Origin: an uncultured Acidobacteriota bacterium | Lineage (GTDB): Bacteria; Acidobacteriota; Thermoanaerobaculia; Multivoradales; SZUA-115 | NCBI GenBank assembly: GCA_963805975.1 | Contig: CAWDVR010000004.1 | Coordinates: forward strand, 192,001 to 256,000 | Reading direction: 5' to 3' | Length of the DNA: 64,000 nt | Shown: piece after piece, positions 18,925 through 28,330 of the stretch | Layout: every line of letters starts with the position of its first letter | How positions within the stretch are numbered: the first letter of the stretch is position 1 | Program-made: the position numbers and the translations under genes | The notes under the pieces: model-generated | What the model saw: only the letters and a program-made list of their open reading frames with translations | Database searches by the model: none | What the model was told of the DNA's origin: nothing

Positions 18925-19458
18925 CTAGACGGTCTTGAGCGCGCGCACCAGGAGCCGCCGCCCGGGGATCGGGCCGGCGCCGTTGGCGCCGGCCCCGGCG
19001 AAAGACTGGATGGTGACCTCGAGCTCCTTGATGTGAACGTTCTCGGGCAGGGTGTCGCCATCCAGTGGCTCGTCGAGGTTGCCGTTGTCGGTCAGATCCG
19101 CCATCGCGAACTGCCGGATACGCGTCGTCCGTTGGAAGCGGGCGGTGGCGGTGTCCGGCTCCTCCTCGGCCCAGGTCTTGGTCGCCGGGTCCCAGTAGTC
19201 GACGGTCTCGAGCATCTCCGCACCTTCCTCGAGGGTGAGCTGCGGATCGTTGAAGTCGAGCTGCGACAGCTCCTCGACCCGCGACTTGGCGAGATTGGCG
19301 AGCTGCGTCGAGTCCGCGCCCATGGCGTTGTTCACCGCCGAGCGGAAGAAGAGCGGCAGGATCCCCAGGATCATGAAGAGAAACAGCATCGAGGCGATCA
19401 TCACCTCGACCATCGACATGCCGGCGTCGGCGCGGAAGGCGCGTCTTCTGGCGCTCAT
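18925..19458 (-). CDS. pilV: Minor pilin PilV-like
   Basis: 'G|MSMVEVMIA', 'LANLA.SRVEEL'; ATGA overlap with upstream gene. Confidence 0.75.
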   Translation of the reverse strand: MSARRRAFRADAGMSMVEVMIASMLFLFMILGILPLFFRSAVNNAMGADSTQLANLAKSRVEELSQLDFNDPQLTLEEGAEMLETVDYWDPATKTWAEEEPDTATARFQRTTRIRQFAMADLTDNGNLDEPLDGDTLPENVHIKELEVTIQSFAGAGANGAGPIPGRRLLVRALKTV

Positions 19459-20123
19459 TCGTTCCACTCCCATGGGATGCCGTCCTGGTCGCGGGCGTAG
19501 AAGTGCAGGCCGTCCGGGCCGGCCGCGCGGTCCGCGTCGTACTTGCGGAGCTGAATCCGCGCCGTGGCTTCCGGCGAGATCCGCACCTCGAAGAAGTTGG
19601 CGCGGTCGTCGCCGAAGCGGATGGCGCCACGGTTGCGGATCGAGCCGTCGATCTCCAGCACCGCGACGTTGGGCAGGCCCGCCTCGGCGGGGGTGAGCTC
19701 GTCGATCGTGTCGGGGCCTTCGGGCTCGGCGTCGGCAGGCCCCCAGAAGCGCACGTCCTGGGGGAGAGGGATGAGCGCCACCTGGTAGTCGGTGGCGCCG
19801 CCGTTGGCGCCGTCGACCGGATTGAAGACCAGGTCGCTGCCCCGGCTGCCGTCGTCTAGGTTGACGTCGGCGAAGGCGAAGAGCTGCTGCGCCTCGTAGT
19901 CGACCCCGACCACTACAGGCACGCCGCGCTTGATGGCTTCCATGCGGGCACGCGAGAGGAGCATCGAGGTCTCGGTGAGGATGGCCTGGTCGCGGCTACG
20001 CCTGAGGAGATGAAAGATCTTGGGTACGGCCACCATCAGCACGACGAGCAGTAAAGCGAGGACCACCAACCCCTCGATCAGGGTGAATCCCGAGGTCTGG
20101 CGATGTCTCTTGGGCTCTTTCAT
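19455..20123 (-). CDS. fimT: FimT/FimU-like minor pilin
   Basis: 'G|FTLIEGL', 'ARMEAIKRG.PV.V'. Confidence 0.75.
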   Translation of the reverse strand: MKEPKRHRQTSGFTLIEGLVVLALLLVVLMVAVPKIFHLLRRSRDQAILTETSMLLSRARMEAIKRGVPVVVGVDYEAQQLFAFADVNLDDGSRGSDLVFNPVDGANGGATDYQVALIPLPQDVRFWGPADAEPEGPDTIDELTPAEAGLPNVAVLEIDGSIRNRGAIRFGDDRANFFEVRISPEATARIQLRKYDADRAAGPDGLHFYARDQDGIPWEWNE

Positions 20124-20140
20124 GGCGGGAGCCTGAAAGG

Positions 20141-20155
20141 GCAAGCCGTGTGCCA
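20141..20155 (-). promoter_or_regulatory. Sigma54 -24/-12 promoter for the fimT-pilVWXY1 operon
   Basis: Minus strand TGGCAC-ACGGC-TTGC (GG-N10-GC). Confidence 0.75.
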
Positions 20156-20260
20156 TGCCCCCCAAGCTCCGGCGCTCGAGCGTAACTGTCTGACTTGAAT
20201 GATCTTCTGGGCGATGAGCGGTTGCTGACAGGCTCTTCCGGCAGCGTTTTCGAGTCATGG

Positions 20261-21646
20261 TTAGTTACCTTTCTCTACCGATTCGCCAGCCGCAGGGAGC
20301 CAGACCACGACCCGCGTGCCTCCCCCCGGGCGCTTGGAGATGGTGAGCTGCCCACCGTGCAGAGTGATGATGCGGTGCGATAGCGCCAGCCCCAGGCCGA
20401 CGCCTCCCGGCCGCCCGCTGGCGAAGGGTTGGAAGAGCCGCGCGCGGACCTCCGGGGGCAGGCCGGGGCCGCGATCCGAGATCGCGAGCTCGAGGCCCCG
20501 AGCGGTGTGCGAGAGCAGCACCTCGGCGCCGGCGGGCTCGAGGCCCGCCCCGCGCTCGGCCTCGACCGCGTTGGTGAGCAGGTTGCGCACCGCGCGCTCG
20601 AGGAGCTGCGGGTCGCCGGCCAGCCGCGGCAGCGGCTCCCCGGCGGCGATCTCGATGTGCGCGCCGTCGAGCGACGGGTTGGCCGCCGCCCGGCGTACCA
20701 GGGCTTCGAGATCCACCGGCTCTAGCCGCGCCGTTCCCGGCCTGGCGAAGGCCAGGAAGTCCTCCACCACGCGGTTCAGGTGGCCGGTCTCCCGCCGGAT
20801 CTCCGCCAGGTAGTCGTGGAGCGTGACCTCGTCCGGCCGCCGCGCCGCGAGCGAGAGATAGCCCGAGATCGTCGCCAGGCTGTTGCGCAGCTCGTGGGCC
20901 ACGCCGGCCGCCATCTCGCCGAGCTGGGCGAGCCCCTCGGCCAGGCGGGCTTCGCGGTCCTTGAGCCGCACCTCGGTCAGATCGGTGAACAGGCGCACCA
21001 GGAAGCTGCCCTCGTCTTCCTCCTCGCGGCTCGCCTCGCCCAGCTTTCTCGCCTGCGCGAGCAGGCGCTCGAACGGGTTCAGGAGGCTGCGCAGGAAGAG
21101 GATCACCAGCAGCAGAACGGCTCCGGCGAGCGACAGCACGATGATCTGGAGCGTCTCGAGGGAGTGGAGCTGGCGGGCGAGGGTGCCGGCACCGAGGTCG
21201 ATGCGCACCGCGCGGCCCGGCGGTGCGTCCGGCACCGGGGCGAAGCCGATGGCGCGGTCGGGAGCGCCGCGGTCGAGACCGACCGCCATCGCCTCGCGCA
21301 GGCCGGCTCCGGGCGGCAGCCTGCCCTGGAGCGGCGCCAGGAGCCCCAGTCGCGGCAGGTCGCCGACCGCGACCAAGGCCTGCCCGCGCTCGTCGAGGAG
21401 AGCGGCGCCCAGGGCGTCGCGCGCCAGGCGCCGCAGCTCCTCCTCGGTGGTGGTACCGGCCTGCGCCAGCCTCCCCGCCACGGCGCGCGCGGCGCGCGCG
21501 GCGTCGCCCCGCCGCTCGTCGGCGAGGAGCGAGAGGGAGCTCTTGTAGGAGAGCAGCGAGTAGCCGATGAGCACCAGCAGCAGCGCAAAGGAGACCGGGA
21601 CGAGAATCAGGACTTCGCGCCGCAAGCTGAGACGGTCGCGCTTCAA
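20261..21646 (-). CDS. Membrane sensor histidine kinase (PilS-like position)
   Basis: Two TM segments; H-box 'AHELRNSL', N-box 'NLLTNA', 'DRGPG', 'GLGL'. Confidence 0.9.
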   Translation of the reverse strand: MKRDRLSLRREVLILVPVSFALLLVLIGYSLLSYKSSLSLLADERRGDAARAARAVAGRLAQAGTTTEEELRRLARDALGAALLDERGQALVAVGDLPRLGLLAPLQGRLPPGAGLREAMAVGLDRGAPDRAIGFAPVPDAPPGRAVRIDLGAGTLARQLHSLETLQIIVLSLAGAVLLLVILFLRSLLNPFERLLAQARKLGEASREEEDEGSFLVRLFTDLTEVRLKDREARLAEGLAQLGEMAAGVAHELRNSLATISGYLSLAARRPDEVTLHDYLAEIRRETGHLNRVVEDFLAFARPGTARLEPVDLEALVRRAAANPSLDGAHIEIAAGEPLPRLAGDPQLLERAVRNLLTNAVEAERGAGLEPAGAEVLLSHTARGLELAISDRGPGLPPEVRARLFQPFASGRPGGVGLGLALSHRIITLHGGQLTISKRPGGGTRVVVWLPAAGESVEKGN

Positions 21647-21655
21647 GGCGGGACC

Positions 21656-22432
21656 TCAGAAGGTGGCGAGGTACGAGCGCATGATCGCAGGGCCGGCAAA
21701 GAGCGCCAGCACGCCGCCGGCCGCGAGGAAGGTGCCGAAGGGCAGCTTGGTCTTCATGCCCGCCTGCCCGCGGCTCATCAGCACGACGCCCACCAGCGAA
21801 CCGGCGAGGGCGCCCGCGAAGAGGGTGACCAGCGCTCCCTTCCAGCCCAGGAAGGCGCCCACCATGGCGAGCATCTTGACGTCACCAAGGCCCAGGCCTT
21901 CCTCCTTGCGCCACAGGTACCAGCCCCACCACAGCGCGGAGAGGATGGCAGCGCCGATCGTGGCGCCGAGCACGGCGGCGCCGAGCCCACTCCAGGAGAG
22001 CCAGGGCGAGAAGGCGAGGCCGACCACGATCCCCGGCAGGGTGATGCGGTCCGGCAGGATGTAGTGCTCGGCATCGATCGCGCCCAGGGCGACCATCAGG
22101 GCGCAGAAGAGCGCCGCCGCCACCGCCTCGATCGCGGGGCCGAAGCGCAGGAAACAGGCGAGGAAGAGGGCGCCGGTCAGCGCCTCGATCGCCGGGTAGC
22201 GCGCCGAGATCCTCGTCTTGCACGAGCGGCAGCGGCCCCGTAGCCACAGGTAGGAGACGACCGGCACGTTGTCGTAGGCCGCGATGGCGGCGCCGCAGCT
22301 CGGGCAGCGCGAACGCGGGAAGAGCGTCGACTCCTCCCGCGGCAGGCGATGGATGACGACGTTGAGATAGCTGCCGACGATCAGGCCGAGGCCCGTCGCG
22401 TAGACCGCCAGCAGCACGGAGGTGGGCGACAC
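21656..22432 (-). CDS. pilD: Prepilin peptidase/N-methyltransferase
   Basis: 'GSYLNVVIHRLP', 'SRCPSC', 'GRCRSC', 'RYPAIE', 'IDAEHYILPD', 'GLGDVK', 'PFGTFL'. Confidence 0.95.
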   Translation of the reverse strand: MSPTSVLLAVYATGLGLIVGSYLNVVIHRLPREESTLFPRSRCPSCGAAIAAYDNVPVVSYLWLRGRCRSCKTRISARYPAIEALTGALFLACFLRFGPAIEAVAAALFCALMVALGAIDAEHYILPDRITLPGIVVGLAFSPWLSWSGLGAAVLGATIGAAILSALWWGWYLWRKEEGLGLGDVKMLAMVGAFLGWKGALVTLFAGALAGSLVGVVLMSRGQAGMKTKLPFGTFLAAGGVLALFAGPAIMRSYLATF

Positions 22433-22451
22433 GCGGCCGATCTTACCGGCT

Positions 22452-22982
22452 CTACGTACCGGCCGTGTTCGCCGGTGAGGGCGCGCGCACGAAGCCGCCG
22501 TCCGCCCACACGATGTCCTGCTCGTAGTCGGTGGCGCTGAACGAGCCGGACTCGTACTCGTCACCCTCGAACTCGCCGTCGCTTCCCGGGCTCCTCGCCA
22601 GGGCGTAGAACGAGCGCGGCGGGTTGGTGAGCTGCACCCGATACTCGAGGTTGTTGCCCCAGCCGTCCTCGTCGGGAAGCTGCGGCATGTAGTCCGGTAC
22701 CACCGCCTCCTCGATCTCGTCGAGGCTCGCGGTTCCCGCCCAGTCGGCGATGTCGACGGTCACCGCACCGGCGGCGCCGGCGCCGCCGTTCTCGCTCCAG
22801 TACTGCGCCATGCCGAGGCCGAACTCGCGCAGGTTCGCCATGGTGCGCTTCTGCCGGCTCTTCTGCAGCGCCTCCAGCATGTTGGGGATGAGAACGGCAG
22901 CGATGATGCCGATGATCGCGATCACGATCAGGAGCTCGATCAGAGTGAACCCGGAACGCCGGGTCCTGGTCCAGGATTTCAT
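22452..22982 (-). CDS. Type IV pilin paralog 2 (GspG-like C-terminus)
   Basis: 'G|FTLIELLIVIAIIGIIAA..IP', 'DGWGN..Y', 'SPGSDG'; GGGGAGG RBS. Confidence 0.9.
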   Translation of the reverse strand: MKSWTRTRRSGFTLIELLIVIAIIGIIAAVLIPNMLEALQKSRQKRTMANLREFGLGMAQYWSENGGAGAAGAVTVDIADWAGTASLDEIEEAVVPDYMPQLPDEDGWGNNLEYRVQLTNPPRSFYALARSPGSDGEFEGDEYESGSFSATDYEQDIVWADGGFVRAPSPANTAGT

Positions 22983-23014
22983 TTCATGCCTCCCCGCAAG
23001 GTCTTCGACCGGGA

Positions 23015-23031
23015 TAGCAACGCGTGTGCCA
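23015..23031 (-). promoter_or_regulatory. Sigma54 promoter of pilin 2
   Basis: Minus strand TGGCAC-ACGCG-TTGCTA, a consensus match. Confidence 0.85.
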
Positions 23032-23104
23032 CGGCGGGGCAGGGGAAAAGGCCGTAATCTGCGCCGTAATGTGACAAAGAATGGCAACCGGCTGCTACCC
23101 GATG

Positions 23105-24496
23105 TCAGTCGCCGCGCCCGCCGTCGCGGGCGTAGGCCTCGACCATGAGCCGCAGGCGCTCGACACCGCGGTCCAGCTCGGCGAGAGGGATGCGCTCGTC
23201 CGCGGCGTGGACGCCCGCCGCCTCCTCGGCGTCGAGCAGGAAGGGTGAGACGCCGTAGGCGGCGATGCCGCGGGCGCGAAACAGGCGCGAGTCCGTGAAG
23301 CCGGCGGCGACGGAGGGCACCACCGGAGCGCCGGCCCCGAACCCGCGCTCGATCGCTCGCCAGGCCGGGGTGCCGACGGGCGAAGCGGGGGCCGGCGGCG
23401 AGGTCAGGAGCACCTCGACCTCCGCATGCTTGCCGAGCGCGGCCTCGAGATCGGCGAGGAAGAGCGCGGCGTCGGTGTCGGGCAGCAGGCGGGCATCGAC
23501 CTTGGCGCTCGCCTCGGCGGCGATCACGTTGATCGACTCGCTCGCCGTGATGCCCGTCACCTGCACGGTGTCGAGGAAGAGGTTGTGCAGCCCCGGGAGG
23601 AGCGGCACCTTGGAGCCCTCGGGGGTGATCGCGGCATCGATGTCCGCGTAGAGCTTGGGATAGCGCGGGCCCTTGTGCAGCGGCGCGATGGCGCGAAAAT
23701 AGGCTCGTACCGGATCGGTGACGCGGTAGGGGCGCGGCAACGCCAGCATGCGGTCGAGCGCGGCGATCAACTGGTGGAGCGCGCTCTCCGGATTGTAGGT
23801 CGAGGCGTGGCCGGCCCGGCCGCGAGTCCTGACCATGAACCACAGCGGGCGCTTCTGCGCCACCTCGACCTCCCACCACATCAGGCCGCGGTCGTTGGCG
23901 CGGCCCGAGCCACCCTCGTTCCACACCGCCTCGACGCCGGCGAAGAGCTCCGGGTGCTGCTCGACGAGCCATGCCATGCCCTCGCCCCCGCCCAGCTCTT
24001 CGTCGGCGACGGCGAGGAATGCCACGTCGCGCGCCAGCGGCACGCGGCGGCGCTTGAGCTCCACGAAGGCGGCGAGGTGGGCGATCCCCAAGCCCTTGGT
24101 GTCGAGCGCGCCGCGGCCCCAGAGCCGCCCGTCCGCCACCGTGCCCTCGAACGCCGGCCGCGTCCAGCCCGGGCCGGCCGGCACCACGTCCATGTGATGG
24201 GTGAGGAGGAGAGTGTGCCCCGCCGGCGGCTCGGCCTCGAGCCGCGCGTAGAGGTTGGCGCGCCCGGCCGGCGAGAAGAAGAGGCGGACCGGGATCCCTT
24301 CCCGTTGCAGCAGGTAAGCGAGATACGCGGCAGCTCGGCGCTCGTTGCCGGGAGGGTTCGAGGTGTCGATGCGAAGGTACTCGCGCAGCCATTGGCCCGC
24401 CTCGGAAAGCCTGGGTCCGGCCGCGACCGCGGGCCGCATCGACGAGGGCTGGACGAACAGGAGGAGGGCGAGGAGGAAAGGGGCTCTGCGCTGCAC
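23105..24496 (-). CDS. Exported M20/M25/M40 metallopeptidase A
   Basis: 'HHMDVV', 'GRGALDTK', 'ADEE', 'NEGG', 'GHAS', 'GFTDSR', 'VHAADER'. Confidence 0.9.
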   Translation of the reverse strand: MQRRAPFLLALLLFVQPSSMRPAVAAGPRLSEAGQWLREYLRIDTSNPPGNERRAAAYLAYLLQREGIPVRLFFSPAGRANLYARLEAEPPAGHTLLLTHHMDVVPAGPGWTRPAFEGTVADGRLWGRGALDTKGLGIAHLAAFVELKRRRVPLARDVAFLAVADEELGGGEGMAWLVEQHPELFAGVEAVWNEGGSGRANDRGLMWWEVEVAQKRPLWFMVRTRGRAGHASTYNPESALHQLIAALDRMLALPRPYRVTDPVRAYFRAIAPLHKGPRYPKLYADIDAAITPEGSKVPLLPGLHNLFLDTVQVTGITASESINVIAAEASAKVDARLLPDTDAALFLADLEAALGKHAEVEVLLTSPPAPASPVGTPAWRAIERGFGAGAPVVPSVAAGFTDSRLFRARGIAAYGVSPFLLDAEEAAGVHAADERIPLAELDRGVERLRLMVEAYARDGGRGD

Positions 24497-24537
24497 GGGC
24501 GGGAGTGTATCGGGCCTTGGGGGAGCGCGCAGGGAAC

Positions 24538-24564
24538 AAAAAAAGGCGCCGTCGAGACGGCGCC
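24538..24564 (-). terminator. Rho-independent terminator after pilin 1
   Basis: GGCGCCGT-CTCG-ACGGCGCC stem followed by T7 on the minus strand. Confidence 0.9.
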
Positions 24565-24610
24565 CAGAGTCGAAACGCGAACCTCTAAGGAATCGTAAAT
24601 CAGGCGGCTT

Positions 24611-25141
24611 TTAGGTGCCGGCCGCCAAGATGCTCTTGGGAGCGCGAACGAAACCGCCGTCCGCCCACACGATGTCCGCTTCGTAGTCGCTCGGGTCGAA
24701 GGAGCCCGACTCGTACTCGTCACCCTCGAACTCGCCGCCGAGGCCCGGCGCACGAACCAGCGCGTAGCCGACGCGCGGCGGATCCACCAGCGTCACGTAG
24801 TACTCGAGGTTGTTGTCCCAGGCGTCCGTGCGCGGGATCGAGCTGGCGTAGTTCGGAACGATGGCGGTCTCGAGGTCGTCGAAGGACAGCGAGTTGTCCC
24901 AGTCACCGACCTGGATCGTCACCGCGCCGGCGGCGGCGGCGCCGCCCCGCTCGCTGTACAAGGTGCCGAGCGCGAGGCCGAACTGGCGGATGTCGCCCAT
25001 GGTCCGCTTCTGGCGGCCCTTGTGGAGCGCGTCGAGGAAGTTGGGGATCAGGATGGCGGCGATGATGCCGATGATCGCCACGACGATCAGCAGCTCGATC
25101 AGGGTAAAGCCCTTCTGGCGGTTGCGCAACTTGCTCAGCAT
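24611..25141 (-). CDS. Type IV pilin paralog 1 (probable major pilin)
   Basis: 'QKG|FTLIELLIVVAIIGIIAAILIP'; own sigma54 promoter, AAGGAG RBS and terminator. Confidence 0.9.
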   Translation of the reverse strand: MLSKLRNRQKGFTLIELLIVVAIIGIIAAILIPNFLDALHKGRQKRTMGDIRQFGLALGTLYSERGGAAAAGAVTIQVGDWDNSLSFDDLETAIVPNYASSIPRTDAWDNNLEYYVTLVDPPRVGYALVRAPGLGGEFEGDEYESGSFDPSDYEADIVWADGGFVRAPKSILAAGT

Positions 25142-25199
25142 GGTCGGTCTCCTTCTGGGGTGAACGGTCGGAACTCAGTTGGCTTCGTGGTCCCGGAGG

Positions 25200-25215
25200 A
25201 GCAGAAAGCGTGCCA
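25200..25215 (-). promoter_or_regulatory. Sigma54 promoter of pilin 1
   Basis: Minus strand TGGCAC-GCTTT-CTGCT. Confidence 0.8.
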
Positions 25216-25344
25216 CTCGGGAGGCTGAGCAGGAAAAGTCTTTACAGCATGGAAACGCTTCCAGGAGCCCGATTTCTCAGGCCCTGGCCGCGCGAGGATC
25301 CATAGCCCAAAGACAAATCTTGGCAAGACCCCTGTCAAGGATTG

Positions 25345-26772
25345 TCATTGCACGAGCCGGCGAACCAGGCGGCGATAGGTCTCGACGCCCTCGACGAAGG
25401 CCGGCAGCAACATGCGCTCGTCCACCTGGCCGATGCGCCCGGTCTCGGCGATGAAGAGCAGAAAAGGGGAGAAGCCGTAGGCCGGGATGCCGGCGGCGCG
25501 GGCGAACCGTGAGTCGGTCGCCGTCCAGGGCAGGAAGTGGGGCCCGACGGGAGCGCCGGGATGAGCTTCGGTGAGCGCCTCCACCAGAGCCGGGAAGACC
25601 TCGTTGCCGGTCGGGCTGCCGTGGTCGGCCCCTCCCTCGTCGTAGAGGCTCTGATCGAAGCCCGCGATCCGCCACGGCGGCAGGAAGCGCTCGATCGCCC
25701 TCCCGGCGTCCGAGCCCGGCAGCAGGTGGAACTTCAGCAGCATGCTGAAGCCGCCGCCGGCGTCGGCCTCCACCGAGAAGGGAAAGACCTCGTCGCGGAA
25801 CATGGCCTTGAGGTAGACCGGGAGCTCGGCCCAGGTGGGGCCGTCGAGACGCAGGCTCTCCGGCTTTCCGAGCGCCCGGCGGTAGAGCTCGTGGTGGCGG
25901 GTGGGCGCGTAGACCTCGAGGAACTCGCGGACCTCCGGCGTCAGGCGTACCTCGAAGTTCTCCTCCTCCCGCTCCTCGAGCAGCTCTCGGCGCAGCTCTT
26001 CCAGCGGCTCGCGGCTGGCGCTGCAGAGGGTGACGTCCACGTAGCGCTTCTGCGCCACCTCGATGCCCCAGAACAGGACCTCCTCGGCGCTCCGGGTCTC
26101 GACCACGCCGCCTTCGGTGAGGAAGGCCCAGAAACGGCTGGCGAGGTCCGGGTGTTGCGCGAGCACCCATTTGGTGCCGAGGTCGCTCCCCACTTCCTCG
26201 GTGCCGGTGGCGAGAAAGATCACCGAGCGCCGGAGCCGGACACCGCTCCGCGCGAGATCGATGACGGCGGCGAGCTGCGCGATGCCGATGCTCTTCATGT
26301 CGTAGGCGCCGCGGCCGTAGATGTAGGGCGGCCGGATGTGGCCGGAGAAGGGTGGAAAGCTCCACTCGTCGGGAGTGGGCACGGGATCGGTGTCGATGTG
26401 GTGGTGGAGCACCAGCGCCTCGCGGCTCTCACCCTCGAGCACTGCGATCACGTTGGCGTGCGTGCCGCCCAGGACCTCGATCGTGGCCGGGATGCCGGCC
26501 TTCTCGAGCTCGCCGGCCAGGAAGCGGGCGCCCGCGAGCTCGTTGGCGTTGGGCTGGGCGGTGTCGATCTGAAGGTAGCGCTGGAAGAGCTGCACCTCGG
26601 GAACGGAAGCGAAGTCGACGCCCTGCCAGTCGAAGCGCACTTCCTCGGGCTCGAGGCTCTGCATGTAGAGGAGGCAGGCGGCGAGCACCGCGCCGACCAC
26701 GCCGAGGCTGGCGTAGAGCGCGGCGCGGGCCGCGCTCCGAGCACGGCGCTCGAGGACGGTGCGGGCCTTCAT
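25345..26772 (-). CDS. Membrane-anchored M20 metallopeptidase B (possibly degenerate active site)
   Basis: N-terminal TM; 'HHHIDT', 'GRGAYDMK', 'GTEE', 'TEGG', 'ATDSR'; final His replaced ('IGQVDER'). Confidence 0.85.
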   Translation of the reverse strand: MKARTVLERRARSAARAALYASLGVVGAVLAACLLYMQSLEPEEVRFDWQGVDFASVPEVQLFQRYLQIDTAQPNANELAGARFLAGELEKAGIPATIEVLGGTHANVIAVLEGESREALVLHHHIDTDPVPTPDEWSFPPFSGHIRPPYIYGRGAYDMKSIGIAQLAAVIDLARSGVRLRRSVIFLATGTEEVGSDLGTKWVLAQHPDLASRFWAFLTEGGVVETRSAEEVLFWGIEVAQKRYVDVTLCSASREPLEELRRELLEEREEENFEVRLTPEVREFLEVYAPTRHHELYRRALGKPESLRLDGPTWAELPVYLKAMFRDEVFPFSVEADAGGGFSMLLKFHLLPGSDAGRAIERFLPPWRIAGFDQSLYDEGGADHGSPTGNEVFPALVEALTEAHPGAPVGPHFLPWTATDSRFARAAGIPAYGFSPFLLFIAETGRIGQVDERMLLPAFVEGVETYRRLVRRLVQ

Positions 26773-28295
26773 CGCTGCGGCGCCAGGAGCTCGTCCTCGC
26801 CGGCCGAGATCTGGACCAGGCGCTCGACCGGCGCGAGCTCGTCGGTGAGGAGGTGTGCTCCCAGCAGCTCGAGATCGACCTCGAGATAGAGCTTTTCGAC
26901 CATCAGGGTGGCGGGCACCTCGAGGCCGGCCGCGGCATCGAGCTGCCGGGCGGCGGCCAGCAGGGCCTCGCGCGGTGCACGGCTCTCCTCCTGCGTGGCC
27001 AGCACCACGACGTTGGTGAGGCGCGGGGCCCGGAAAGCGTAGAGCTGCGGAAACACCTCGGCCAGCGTGCGGTACATGGCGCGGGTGAAGGGGCTCCCCA
27101 GGCCTCCGGCGAGGTTCAGGGCCAGCACGCCGTCCGGCGTCAGACGGTCGCGGACCAGGCGAAAGAACTCGACCGTGGCGAGATGGAAGGGTACGGCACG
27201 GCCGACGTAGGTGTCGGCGAAGATGAAGTCCCAGCGGCGCTCGCTCCGGCGCAGGAAGCGCCGCGCGTCGTCGATCGTCAGCACGTCGCCGGGCGCCGGG
27301 GCAAAGCCCAGGAAACGGCCCGCCACCTCCGGCACCGCGGGATCGATCTCCACGTAGTCGAAGCTCATCCCGGGCTTCACCTCGCGCATCACCCTGGCGC
27401 AGCTCCCGGCGCCCAGCCCCAGGAGCAGGCCGCGCTCGATGTCCGGCTTGAAGAGCAGGGCCGCGGGCGCGATGCGGATGTAGTTGAGGGCGGGCTTGCC
27501 GTCGGCGATCCGGATGCCGGCCTGCACCACCCGGTCGCTCTCGAGGTAGCGCTCGCCGTCGACCTCCGCCACCTGCAGGGTCTGGTACGGCGTGATGCGC
27601 CGATAGAGAGCGCCGGCGTAGCTCTCGCGCGGCCGGGCGTGAGAGCCGGCGAGCGCCAGGAGCGCCACGGTGAGGAGGAGGGCCGGCCCCTCGCGCCGGG
27701 CGGTGCCGGCCGAGAACGGGCCCAGGAGCGCCACGCCGCCGGTCGCGGCGGTCAGCGCGAGGAGCAGCGCGAGGACCTGCTCGAGCGTCAGGAACGGGAT
27801 CAGGAGGAAGGTGCAGGCGAGGGTGCCGAGGAGGCTGCCGGCGGTCGAGAGCGCGTAGAGGCGACCGGCCTGGTGCCCCAGGTGGTCGAGGTCGCGAGCC
27901 GCGAGCCGCACCGCCCACGGCGACACCATGCCGAAGAGCACGGACACGGGGCCGAAGAGCACGCCCGCCGCGAGCAGGGTGCCGGCGGGGCTGCCGCCGG
28001 TGGCGCGACCGAGCGCGGCCACCAGGGGCTCGCCCCAGAGCAGCAGCCCGCCGAGGAGGGTCGCCGCCAGCACCACCAGCCGCCCCAGCGCGGCGAAGCT
28101 GGGGAAGCGGTCGGCGAGCTGGCCGCCGGCCACGTAGCCCAGCGACAGTGCGGCCAGGAACACGCTGATGATCGATCCCCAGACGTAGACGCTGCTGCCG
28201 AAATGGGGGGAGAGGAGGCGGCTCGAGAGGATCTCGAGCGCCATCAGCACCCCGCCGCAGGCGGCCACCAGGAAGTAGAAGCGCAGAGCGCGCAT
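26769..28295 (-). CDS. Fused membrane (MFS-like)/spermidine synthase-like SAM-binding protein
   Basis: 'MALEI..SRLL.P.FGSS.YVW', 'GRLYALST.GSL.G', 'LLGLGAG', 'VEIDP', 'DDAR', 'PFHLAT.EF'. Confidence 0.9.
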   Translation of the reverse strand: MRALRFYFLVAACGGVLMALEILSSRLLSPHFGSSVYVWGSIISVFLAALSLGYVAGGQLADRFPSFAALGRLVVLAATLLGGLLLWGEPLVAALGRATGGSPAGTLLAAGVLFGPVSVLFGMVSPWAVRLAARDLDHLGHQAGRLYALSTAGSLLGTLACTFLLIPFLTLEQVLALLLALTAATGGVALLGPFSAGTARREGPALLLTVALLALAGSHARPRESYAGALYRRITPYQTLQVAEVDGERYLESDRVVQAGIRIADGKPALNYIRIAPAALLFKPDIERGLLLGLGAGSCARVMREVKPGMSFDYVEIDPAVPEVAGRFLGFAPAPGDVLTIDDARRFLRRSERRWDFIFADTYVGRAVPFHLATVEFFRLVRDRLTPDGVLALNLAGGLGSPFTRAMYRTLAEVFPQLYAFRAPRLTNVVVLATQEESRAPREALLAAARQLDAAAGLEVPATLMVEKLYLEVDLELLGAHLLTDELAPVERLVQISAGEDELLAPQR

Positions 28296-28330
28296 GGCGC
28301 GGAAGTCTAATCCAGGCGGTGTCCGGACCC

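Noticed and set aside
22452-25141. Type II secretion pseudopilins or conductive e-pili
   Set aside because: Context is PilY1/PilVWX/PilD with no T2SS genes; the pilins are full-length (~165 aa mature), not truncated Geobacter-type.
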